Shown here: positions 46,704-55,600 of the stretch, one piece after another
Layout of the letters: every line of letters starts with the position of its first letter
Position numbering within the stretch: position 1 is the stretch's first letter
Virus record (IMG/VR): IMGVR_UViG_3300025606_000003
Location: 32,001 to 96,000 of that record
DNA length: 64,000 nt
Origin: a virus
Lineage: Duplodnaviria; Caudoviricetes
Strand: one strand, 5' to 3'
The notes under the pieces: generated by a model
Database searches by the model: none
Told to the model about the DNA's origin: nothing
Seen by the model: only the letters and a program-made list of their open reading frames with translations
Position numbers and translations under genes: made by a program

Positions 46704-49106
46704 TCAGCCAGCCGCCGTCGGTCCGTCGGTTGGCTGACCGAGACCGCCCGTCACCACGCTGTTGGAATGTTGCGTGCCGGTTTGCTTAGGCCGCACTTGT
46801 TTCGTGGGTTCGCCGGCCTCGTGCACAGGCAGAATGCTGTTCGTCACGCAAGATTCTTCCGACTTCTTCTGAGTGGCGCCCGGAACCAGCTTGCCCATCG
46901 CGCTGTTGCCGGCCTGCACTCGGCTCTTGAAGTTCTGCAACCACGAGTTTGGCATAACAATCCCTGCGGCGGGCTTACCAGCCAAAGGCTGTGGCGCGCC
47001 GGCCGTTTTGAGTGGCGTCGGGCCGCCCGGTCGAAGCCGTTGCCGTGAAATAGGCGCAGCGGCCGGGCTGCGGGCCGGGCCAGCTGCCGGGCGCACAGGA
47101 GGGCGAACTGCCGGCATAGCAGCAACCGGAGCAGGTGCGGGCCCGCCAGGAGCCGGAGCGGCCGAGGGGCCGGCGGCAACCGGCGCCTGCGGCTTTCCGG
47201 CAGGCGCTGCAGCAGCCGTGCCGGCACTAAATTGCGGCGGCAGCCCGTTGTACTTGCTACGAAACGCATCAAACTGCGTTGGATTGAACTTGTTATTCCG
47301 ATACATGTGCATCATGCGGTTATACACCTGCTGCGGCGGAGCGGCCGCGCTCATACCCAGCGTTTGCGCCGCGTGGACCGCGTCAAACGGCGTAGAGCTG
47401 CGCGGGCCTGTGTAGGGCTGCGCAGCTGTTTTCTCTTTCGTGCTCTTCTTGTTTTTCTTGGTGCTCTTCGCGCCGGCCGGGCGGCACGAGTCTTCGCTGT
47501 ACGGCGCTTTGCCCGGCACCGGCTCATAGCCAGCCCAGCAGCGCGCGGCCTTCATCATTTCGTTCTGGAGATAGATCTGCTGCGCAATGTTCATAGATGC
47601 ACCCTTGGTGTTTGATGTTTCCGGCGGGCCGTGCCACCAGTTTTTAAACCGCTGCACGTACGGCGAAGCTTTTTCGATTGCTGCGCCGGTAATACCTGAC
47701 TTGTTTGGATCCGCGTACCAGCCGGCATTCTGGAGTTGCTGACTGAGCGGACTGTTCGGATCTCCGTGTTGCTGAACCAGCGAGTTCATGTTCTGCACGG
47801 CTTGTGCGGCCTCAGCCGGCGAGAAACCCATGCTCTGAAATACGCGTGCTTGCGTCTGCGCGTCGCCGATACGGTGGAACAGCTTGAGCTGCGAAAGTTG
47901 CCGCTGAACATCTTCGAGCTGCGCGGCGGTTTGTTCGCGGGTAAGCCCCTGGCCGCCGGCGCTCATCGCTGCCTGTACTGGGTCTTTTGCCGTCAGAATT
48001 GCTTTCTGTGTTGGAGTTAGTTGTTTCGGAATAAACCCTGCTGTTTGGCCCAAACCCGCCAGCGTGTCGGTCATGGTGTTCTTGGCGCCTTGCCCAAAAA
48101 CACCAGCCCCGGTTAAACCCGCGCCAACTGCGCCCAGGCCCAGCAGCCCCAGCAACATACCGCCCATCCCGCCGCCGCCTTCTTCGCCGCCGGACATCGA
48201 CATCATCATGCCGACGAGCGCAGCGCCACCGCCCAGGCCGACAAGCATCTGCCCGTGCGTGCCTAAATTGTGCCAGAAGTCCTGCGCCTGCGCCAAAAAT
48301 CCGCCGTACTGCTCGGGCGTAGGGTTGGGATTTTCGGCGAGATACTTCTGCAGCTGCTCGTTGGTGACTTCGATCTTGGCTTCTTTCAGCCGGGCCGCAA
48401 ACTGCTGCGCTGCCGGCGAGTTTTTCCCGGCCAGCGTGTCGCGCGCGCCGTTGGCAAACTCCTGGTTCATGTTTTGTTTCATGAACGCGGTAAAGTCCTG
48501 CGTGGCTTTTTGTTTTTGCTCCGGTGTTGCGCCGGGCGCAGCTGCGGCCGCGACGCTTGCGTGCACGGCGTCTTGCGCAGTTTGCTGCTCAGCTGGCTGG
48601 GTAACTGGCTGGGCAGCTGGTTGGGCCGCAGCTTCGGGAGGCGCAGTAGTAGCTGGCGCTGGCGCTGGCGCGGGCGCCGGAACAGCCGGAACAGCCGGAA
48701 CAGCCGGAGCAGCCGGAGCAACAGCGGGCGCCGGCGAGGAGCCGGCCGCGGGAGCCGCGGGCGATGCCGCTGGCGCCGGCGGCACTGGAACTGGAGCCGG
48801 CATTGCCGCAGCCGGCGGGACCGTGGCGGCGGGCGAAACGGCCGGGGCGGCTAAAGGAGTCGGCGCGGGTGCCGGTACAGGATCCGCAGCCGGCGTAGGC
48901 GGCGGTTCCGGCGTCGGCGGCTTTAAAGGCTCGATTTCCGGCGGCTTTGGGCCAGCTAGTGCGTCGTTGGCGCCGGGCCCACCTATCTCACCGAGCGCTG
49001 TCTTGACCAGCATGCACGCCAGCGCGTTTCTGTAAACCGCAGCGGCAATGTCACGTGTCGGCGTCCTCATCGTCATCGGTCTCCGTACCATTGCCGAGAG
49101 CGCCAT
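46704..49106 (-). CDS. Large Pro/Ala-rich modular putative virion protein
   Basis: 800 aa (start uncertain, overlaps the cupin end); VKTAL, MKAAR, EKTAA; Gly-zipper hairpin; RCWAGYEPVPGK...SCRP mini-module. Confidence 0.6.
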   Translation of the reverse strand: MALSAMVRRPMTMRTPTRDIAAAVYRNALACMLVKTALGEIGGPGANDALAGPKPPEIEPLKPPTPEPPPTPAADPVPAPAPTPLAAPAVSPAATVPPAAAMPAPVPVPPAPAASPAAPAAGSSPAPAVAPAAPAVPAVPAVPAPAPAPAPATTAPPEAAAQPAAQPVTQPAEQQTAQDAVHASVAAAAAPGATPEQKQKATQDFTAFMKQNMNQEFANGARDTLAGKNSPAAQQFAARLKEAKIEVTNEQLQKYLAENPNPTPEQYGGFLAQAQDFWHNLGTHGQMLVGLGGGAALVGMMMSMSGGEEGGGGMGGMLLGLLGLGAVGAGLTGAGVFGQGAKNTMTDTLAGLGQTAGFIPKQLTPTQKAILTAKDPVQAAMSAGGQGLTREQTAAQLEDVQRQLSQLKLFHRIGDAQTQARVFQSMGFSPAEAAQAVQNMNSLVQQHGDPNSPLSQQLQNAGWYADPNKSGITGAAIEKASPYVQRFKNWWHGPPETSNTKGASMNIAQQIYLQNEMMKAARCWAGYEPVPGKAPYSEDSCRPAGAKSTKKNKKSTKEKTAAQPYTGPRSSTPFDAVHAAQTLGMSAAAPPQQVYNRMMHMYRNNKFNPTQFDAFRSKYNGLPPQFSAGTAAAAPAGKPQAPVAAGPSAAPAPGGPAPAPVAAMPAVRPPVRPAAGPARSPAAAPISRQRLRPGGPTPLKTAGAPQPLAGKPAAGIVMPNSWLQNFKSRVQAGNSAMGKLVPGATQKKSEESCVTNSILPVHEAGEPTKQVRPKQTGTQHSNSVVTGGLGQPTDGPTAAG

Positions 49107-49479
49107 GCTCGCCCGCCCGCACGACGTCCTTGTCGCTGTGGTGCGTGCTGAACTCCGTCATCACCGAATTTTCGAGGCCGTAAAACTTGTGCCACATGCC
49201 AGGCGGAATATGAAACGCCATGTCGGGTGTTAACGCAATCTGCGCTGCCGCGGTGACATCTTCGTCCCAGCCGTACGTGAGAATAATTTTACCAGATTCG
49301 ACGTACATAACCTCGTCCTTCACCCGATGGTGGTGGAACGAGCACTCTTTTCCCTTGGTTACGCCGAGTTTTTTGCCGCAATACCGGCCGTTGTAGATCC
49401 AGTCCTCGTAGCCCCAGGACTTTTCAACCCAAACGCGCTGCTCGGCGTTCATCAAAAACCGCTTGGCGGGTTCAGCCAT
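49051..49479 (-). CDS. Cupin (sugar isomerase/M6PI-like)
   Basis: VEKSWGYE, SFHHHRVKDE, HIPPGMWHKF, EFST. Confidence 0.8.
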   Translation of the reverse strand: MAEPAKRFLMNAEQRVWVEKSWGYEDWIYNGRYCGKKLGVTKGKECSFHHHRVKDEVMYVESGKIILTYGWDEDVTAAAQIALTPDMAFHIPPGMWHKFYGLENSVMTEFSTHHSDKDVVRAGEHGALGNGTETDDDEDADT

Positions 49480-49765
49480 GCTGTTCCTCCTGTGTGTGAG
49501 TCTTTGTCCGTTCCAGCAGGTCGTCGATAACGGCTGCGAGGGCGGCGAAGCCGCCGGCCTTCAAATCGTTACGCGCCTCACGCAGCACCTCTCGCTCTAA
49601 GAGGGTGAGCGCAGGCACCAATTTCACAACGTGGCACGGCCCGTCGCGCTCGGCGCTCTGTTGTCGGGCTTCGGCGTCATTTTGGCTCAAATAAACGGCA
49701 AACGCGCCCGTGTTGAACTGGTCGTCAACGACCGCCCACGCCACCGGTTCTTGCTGCGCACTCAT
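49472..49765 (-). CDS. EPVAW / TL..ERE module protein
   Basis: EPVAWAV...LTLLEREVL...LLER; paralogous to neighbouring genes. Confidence 0.6.
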   Translation of the reverse strand: MSAQQEPVAWAVVDDQFNTGAFAVYLSQNDAEARQQSAERDGPCHVVKLVPALTLLEREVLREARNDLKAGGFAALAAVIDDLLERTKTHTQEEQHG

Positions 49766-50070
49766 TGCGCCACCTCCGCTTCGGGTTTCTTCGTACACGG
49801 GCAGCTGGGATGGTGCATGAATGGCCGCGAGCCGTCCTGCGTGCGCGAAATGACAAACCAGTGCCCGTCATGCGCGACGGTGAACAAATACCAGCTACCA
49901 TCTTGCGGCGCCGGTACAACAATCTGCGCCGGTACGGCTGCCTGCCCGCCAGCTTGGTTGCCGTTTTTGGCGAAGGCTATTTGAACAGCGGGCGCGAGCA
50001 GGCCAATCAGCGTGCCGATGATCGCAATGATCACGAGCACTTCGACCAATGTAATTCCACGTTTTTTCAT
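49762..50070 (-). CDS. Prepilin-type N-terminal cleavage/methylation protein (DUF1559-like N-terminus)
   Basis: MKKRG|ITLVEVLVIIAIIGTLIGLLAPAVQ; SD ggagg. Confidence 0.75.
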   Translation of the reverse strand: MKKRGITLVEVLVIIAIIGTLIGLLAPAVQIAFAKNGNQAGGQAAVPAQIVVPAPQDGSWYLFTVAHDGHWFVISRTQDGSRPFMHHPSCPCTKKPEAEVAQ

Positions 50071-50624
50071 GTGTCCTCCTGTTTGTTATCTAACCGGGCA
50101 AGCAAATCGCGTAAAATAGCTAGCGCGGTTATCGTATTTTGATACAGAATAGCGTCGGACAGGCACATTGGTGCGCGTTTATACGATTGCTCGCGCAAAA
50201 CTGCGATTGAAAATTGTTCTGCTGCAAAATTGATCGCCAACCGCTCCTCGTCGGTGAGCGTGACCGTTTGTTTGGCCGGTTCCTGTGCGTCGCAAGCGGG
50301 CGTATTTTCAGGCGCAGACTGGCTTTGCCCGCGAGAATCTTGGCCGCTTGTTTGGCCGCTTGCCCGCGCGAGCAGGCCGGTCAGCAAGTCGGCATAGTCA
50401 TGCGAGCCCAGCTGGCGGTTCAGCGCGTCGCGGCCCTCCTGAATAGCCCCCCGCTCCGCGTCGGTGAGCGTGGGCGGTGGCGGGTCGCGGTACAGAGGGA
50501 AGATCAGCCCATTGCAGTCGTTGGCGTCTTCCACCGCAGCGGTTTTGTACCGATGGACACTGAATGGCTCCAGCTTCCCGTCCAAAACAAGCCACGCCAC
50601 AGGCTCCCGCGTTGTGTCGCTCAT
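50067..50624 (-). CDS. EPVAW / TLTDxER module protein
   Basis: EPVAWLV; TLTDAERGAI and TLTDEERLAI; ILRDLLARL. Confidence 0.6.
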   Translation of the reverse strand: MSDTTREPVAWLVLDGKLEPFSVHRYKTAAVEDANDCNGLIFPLYRDPPPPTLTDAERGAIQEGRDALNRQLGSHDYADLLTGLLARASGQTSGQDSRGQSQSAPENTPACDAQEPAKQTVTLTDEERLAINFAAEQFSIAVLREQSYKRAPMCLSDAILYQNTITALAILRDLLARLDNKQEDT

Positions 50625-51178
50625 CGCCCGCCTCCCAGCCGGGCGAGGAGGTCGCGCAGGATGGCGGCGGCGATTCTGGAGCCTCGGGCTTCCGCGTCAA
50701 ACAACGCCCCTTCAATCGCCTCCCGCTCCTCGTCGGTGAGCGTCGCGTCCATCGTCACCGTCACGGCGTCATTACGCACCGATAACGTAGCGTCTTGTTC
50801 TGCGAGGCGCCGAATGGCTTCACGTAGATAAGAGTTCGTGCCGCATTTCACGATCTCTTCCCGGGCTGCGTCCACGTCAAACATCGTCACAGCCGTGTGG
50901 TCGGCCAATTTGTCAACAATATCAACAGCGGACATGGTGTTTCCTTTTTGATGCGTTGGCAATTCTTCAACTGATGTTTCAGGCCCCCGCCCACTCGTCG
51001 CCAAGCCGTTGTCGGGCTGCGTTACGTCTGGGGGCGCGTCAGGGCGGCACGAACTCTTATCTGCGTGTGGCACGCAGGCCGCGCCTGACGGTGTTTGTGT
51101 GCTGGCGTTTTTGTTCAGCGCATCCATACCAAAACTCCCAGATAAATGACCCATGTGGCGAGAATCGGGATCAGCCAC
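50621..51178 (-). CDS. TLTDxER module protein (start may be 50935 or 51127)
   Basis: TLTDEEREAI...ILRDLLARL; SD aaagga before MSAVD at 50935. Confidence 0.55.
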   Translation of the reverse strand: MADPDSRHMGHLSGSFGMDALNKNASTQTPSGAACVPHADKSSCRPDAPPDVTQPDNGLATSGRGPETSVEELPTHQKGNTMSAVDIVDKLADHTAVTMFDVDAAREEIVKCGTNSYLREAIRRLAEQDATLSVRNDAVTVTMDATLTDEEREAIEGALFDAEARGSRIAAAILRDLLARLGGGR

Positions 51179-51300
51179 AGCAGGCGAAAAAGGGGGCCGA
51201 AGTCATATGGGCTGGACGGGCTATACGGTCGCAGCATCATCAGCAGCATGACGACAGTCATGGCCGCCGGAATGACCCACGCCGGAAACGAAATTGTCAT
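51115..51300 (-). CDS. Small two-TM protein
   Basis: 61 aa hydrophobic, SD aagga. Confidence 0.55.
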   Translation of the reverse strand: MTISFPAWVIPAAMTVVMLLMMLRPYSPSSPYDFGPLFRLLWLIPILATWVIYLGVLVWMR

Positions 51301-51485
51301 GGTGCATCCTTACGTGATGGCTCGTTCAAAACCTTCGGGCGCGTCTGCCGCATTCGGAAAAAGCCGTCGAAGCTGCTGGCAGCCAAAACAATGCCGCCAA
51401 CAACAACGCCGCCGATCGCTGCGCCCGCAAGCAACCACGGCCAAAACATGAGCCCGATAAACAACATCATTCCGAGATAATCCAT
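51297..51485 (-). CDS. Small membrane protein
   Basis: 62 aa hydrophobic, coupled to neighbours. Confidence 0.5.
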   Translation of the reverse strand: MDYLGMMLFIGLMFWPWLLAGAAIGGVVVGGIVLAASSFDGFFRMRQTRPKVLNEPSRKDAP

Positions 51486-51988
51486 TATTCTTCGCCTTTC
51501 CCAGTTGGCCCCGGCGACCGCTTTGCCCAGAACAAGTTACTCAGCTGCACCCGTGTATATGACTCTGTGAGATTTCCGGCGCTGTCTACCGGCAGGCGCG
51601 GATCTTCGCGGTGCCCAACAGGCGCCAGCCATTCGCCGCATCCGCAGGGCTCGCCTGACGGCGACAGACAGTCACGCGACGCTTCTTCAAACAGGGCGCC
51701 GCAAGCATCGCACTCAAACACCCGCCAGCCGGGAATCGGTTTACGCATAATTAGGCGTCCTTGCGAAGCTTGCTCGCCGGGCTCTTTGTCGTCCGGCTCA
51801 AAGATATCAGGCGCCTTTTTTCCCGCAAGACTGATCTCGTAGTCTGCTGGGTAGTGGCGCAAGAGCCGCGCAGCGCGTTGCCGGAGCGCGCGAAAACTGC
51901 GAAAGTCGGCAGCTTTACCGGTCAGAATGCTCACCAGAAACTCGCGGGTGTTCTTCACCGCGCGCGTCCGTTCGTGAGGCAGCGTCAT
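51485..51988 (-). CDS. BPSL0761-like protein with C-terminal Zn ribbon
   Basis: MTLPHERTRAV...REFL...LRHYP; then FECDACG...PCGCG. Confidence 0.6.
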   Translation of the reverse strand: MTLPHERTRAVKNTREFLVSILTGKAADFRSFRALRQRAARLLRHYPADYEISLAGKKAPDIFEPDDKEPGEQASQGRLIMRKPIPGWRVFECDACGALFEEASRDCLSPSGEPCGCGEWLAPVGHREDPRLPVDSAGNLTESYTRVQLSNLFWAKRSPGPTGKGEE

Positions 51989-52148
51989 GGTTGAGGCGCG
52001 GCTCCGGAGCGTACTGGCACAACCCGCCTTCGCAGCAAGTTTCCAGAATAAGATGGCAAAACGGGCAGACTTGCTTGCCGCGAATTTCGACCGGCTGAGC
52101 TTCGCAGACTGGGCAGACAAGCATATGCCACCTTTGCTGGTTCTGCAA
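51915..52148 (-). CDS. Small Zn-ribbon protein
   Basis: CPVC...CPFC....TCCEG; overlaps the next gene. Confidence 0.45.
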   Translation of the reverse strand: MQNQQRWHMLVCPVCEAQPVEIRGKQVCPFCHLILETCCEGGLCQYAPEPRLNHDAASRTDARGEEHPRVSGEHSDR

Positions 52149-52173
52149 GTCAGATCAATCCGCCGCCAGTTGG

Positions 52174-52527
52174 CTAGATTCTGTCCGAGTCAGGAATGAA
52201 TTTTTGCTCAAACGCCGCGTATACCTCAGCGTAGGCTACACCCCAGGCAGCATCGTGCGACAGCCGGTTAAACGTGATGGCGTCAGCTGTGTCTAACAGA
52301 TGATTCCAGGCCCGCGCGTGTGCCCATTCGTGCAGCAAGACTTCAATAGCGCGGGCTTCATCTAGATTTTTATCGATCTCGATTACAAACTTTTTGCCTT
52401 CCTTCCAGCAACGGCCGTCAAGTTGCCGGGGCATAACAATTCGTCTGACAGAGATCGGATACGCCGGCGCGCAGTGCTGTCTTAGTATTGTCACAAGCTG
52501 TCTGTACCGGCTGTAGCGCGCAGCCAT
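52174..52527 (-). CDS. Small HExxH metallopeptidase-like protein
   Basis: Start ATG 52527 (SD ggagg); LLHEWAH...HDAAWG. Confidence 0.7.
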   Translation of the reverse strand: MAARYSRYRQLVTILRQHCAPAYPISVRRIVMPRQLDGRCWKEGKKFVIEIDKNLDEARAIEVLLHEWAHARAWNHLLDTADAITFNRLSHDAAWGVAYAEVYAAFEQKFIPDSDRI

Positions 52528-52651
52528 GCGTAATCCTCCGTGACATGTGACAAATACGCCCAGGTTGCCCAGCAAACCCGGCTGCGCGACACCAACGTCC
52601 AGTGTTAGTGCGGCCCTGATTATACAGCAGCTGGAAAACCAAACTGCAGGC

Positions 52652-55600
52652 CTAAATTCGCGATTTGTTAGCGGCTAGATATGCAGCCGCCGCGCCTAAA
52701 CCGCCGCCGCCTAGAACGCTGCTCCAGTACAGCAGCGGATTTGTGTCTTTTTTGTTGCGGGTCAGATAGTGCCCCAAAGCTGCGCCGGCCGCGGTGCCGC
52801 CGGTGGTATATCCGATATGCTTGAGTTTGTCCCGGAAATTGATCAGCGCCTCAGCCTTGGGCAGGTAATTCCCGGTTTGATCTGCGTAACCGGGGCCCGG
52901 ATTCTCCGCCTCGAGCCGGAATTGCTGCTGGTCAGTCGGCAAAGACTTGTAAAAGTCTTCCATGAGCTTGACCTGCTCTTCATGCGGCATGAACCGGGTA
53001 GTAACCTCAAACGGATTGATCCGCTGGCCGGCGCGCTGAGCCACGAAATCCTCTAGCTTGCGGCCCATCCAGTCGCTGTAACGCGTGCCCGGCGGCGCCA
53101 GCGTTTCCGGTACAGCCCTGTCAGAGAGCCGCGCCTTGAGCTGGTGCATGTAAGCTGCTACCGGGCCGCGCGAGAACATTTCGTAATGCGCCATACCGCC
53201 TACGCCCCGCTGCTCGGCAGGCGTTTTCAGCAAATACGGCTCTGTGCCAAGCCGTTTCATCAAAGTCGGCGAGCTGCGCAGCTTGACCAGTAACTCGCCG
53301 ACAGGGATACCAAACGGCTTGAGCTGCGCGCCGGGGCTGAGCGTTTTCTGGTAATAGGTCAAGCCAGTGTAGTTCGGCGGCGGCGTGTTGTTTCGAAACA
53401 CGTTCGGGTCGTAGTTTTTGACAGCGGCGCGCACCCGGGCAACCTGCTCGTCGCTCGCAATACCGTAAGCACCGCCAACGCCAAGTTTGCCGGCCAATCC
53501 CAACGCCGGAATCATCCACGGAAGCTTCGCAGGTAACTTCGCAGGTAACTTCGCCGGGGTTTTCTTGTCGTCTGGCGAAGTCGCGTCGGACTTAGTTTTG
53601 GGCTTATGCTCAGGCTTGTCTGTGATTTTTGCCGTTTTTTGCTGCGTGCCAATCTCGCGCAGCAGCTGCCGAAACTGCTCGTTGAGATGTTCTTTTGTGC
53701 TGGCCAGATGCTGGATTACCTCATCGCCGGTGCGCTGCCGCCGCTGGCCAGTGAGCTTGCCGAGTAGCCCGGGCTCTTCGCTGCGAGATAGATATCTTTG
53801 CACGGCGACGTTCTTGAGCTCTTCCGGTAAACCATCGTGCGAATCAAATCTGAGGCCGCGACCCTGGGCTTGTTGCAGTCTGGCTTCGTTCCAGTACGGG
53901 TCGAGCAGCTGGATCAGGCTTGTACCCTTGGTACTCAAACCCTCGGCGCCAGCCGGGCCGATCAGCAGCGCCCGGAGTTTGCCCGCGTTATAGTCAGCCA
54001 AGGCCTGCTGACGTTGCTTGGTCGAGATACCGCCGTGGAAAATACCGTACGGAATTTTGTTCTCGGCCAGCCCAGCAGCATACGGACTCAAACCGGCGTC
54101 TACGAAGTTCGAGTAAATAATGGCCTTCTTGCGCTCGTCTGAGTTTAACGTCTCGCGCAGCCGCTTGAAGGCCTCCTGCAGCTTCGCAGATTGCTGGAAG
54201 GCCTTTAGCGGGCTCTTGTCGGCCCGGAACGGCTGCGTAGACAGAGATACCTGCCGCATGCCGGTCATGAAGCTGTTCAGCTTGGCCAGTTCTTCGCGGC
54301 TGAGGGGGAACTCTTGATCTAGCTTCCAGAGAAACCCAGGCGGTATCTTGGTCCGGATAGCTTTCTGAATACGCTGTTGCTCGGCGCTCAGCGGCACAGA
54401 CACAGTCTCTTCGTTGATATTCACGCCGGTGGGCGCTTTGCTGGGCTGGTAATCAATATGGCCCTCGAGCAGCTTGCGCAGTTTGGGGCCGTTCTTCATG
54501 ATCGGCGTCACACCGGTGCCGGCGCCGTGCAGAAAGCCCCAGAAGCTCGGCCAAACCTTCTTTTCGCCGATGAAGTCTTTGTCGAACTGCGCAGGGTCAT
54601 ACTTCTCGTTCCGAACAATAGATATCAAACTGGCCAGGTCTTTTGGCTCGTTCGTAATCGGCGTGCCAGTGAGCAGCATCACTCGTTTGGCGAGGCCGGC
54701 GTTTTGCAGGGCGGCTCTGCTCATGGCCGCGTCTGGATTGCGCAGCCGCGCGGCCTCGTCCATGATGAGCGTGTCAGGCTGCTTCTGGAATTTCTTGCCC
54801 ATTCCGAGCCCGGTGTAGCTCATGACTTCCGGATGACTATCAGTGAACTTCTTGATTTCTTTCTGAAAGTTCCCGCGCAGGCTGGCCGGCGCAACAATGC
54901 CGTAGCTGCTGCCGTCGAGCTTTTTGGCGGCTTCTGCTGCAGCAATCGCCGAGAGAGATTTTCCTGAACCTAGACCGTGATACACGATCATCCGGGGATC
55001 TTCGCCAGAAACCCGGTCAGCAATACGTTGCTGGTGTTCTTGTAGCTGGATTTCGGGCAGCAAAGCAGCTTGTTTACCCAGGCCCTGCACGTACTTCTGC
55101 ATGGCTTTGCGCTGGTGCTCGTCCAGCATCTCTACTACACCGTTTTGCGCCTCGTTAGGGACCATTTTTGCAGGGTCGATCGCCCAGTTGCGCAGCGCCC
55201 AGCCCCGCCGTGGCGTTGGGTTCTTGGCAAACGAACTGCCGTGCCGGGCTTTGAAGCTCAGCCAGCGCTTGATCTGCCGCGCGTCTTCATCTGGAATTCT
55301 GCGCCCAGAAGCATAGCGCTTGTACCACTGCGCCCAGCCTTTGGGATCATGCTCAGAGATCCACTCGGGCTTCCACTCGCCTAGACTGGCCAGTCTGGGA
55401 CCCTGCCCTCGGTACAGCGCGTCATACACGCCTAGGTTTTCAAGCTGCTCTGGCGTGTAGTCTGGCGTAAAGTCGGCAGCAAGCTTCGCCCACGCCCGGC
55501 CAGCTGCAACAGCTGCGCTATTTTTTTGCCGCGGCGGGAGGTTGTTGTAATACCCCTCCGATCCCGGCAGCGCTTCACCCGTAAAACCGTGATCATACAC

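Noticed and set aside
53521-53556. 12-bp repeats (PAKL x3), and 9-bp AVP repeats near 48680-48725
   Set aside because: Ordinary low-complexity linker slippage.
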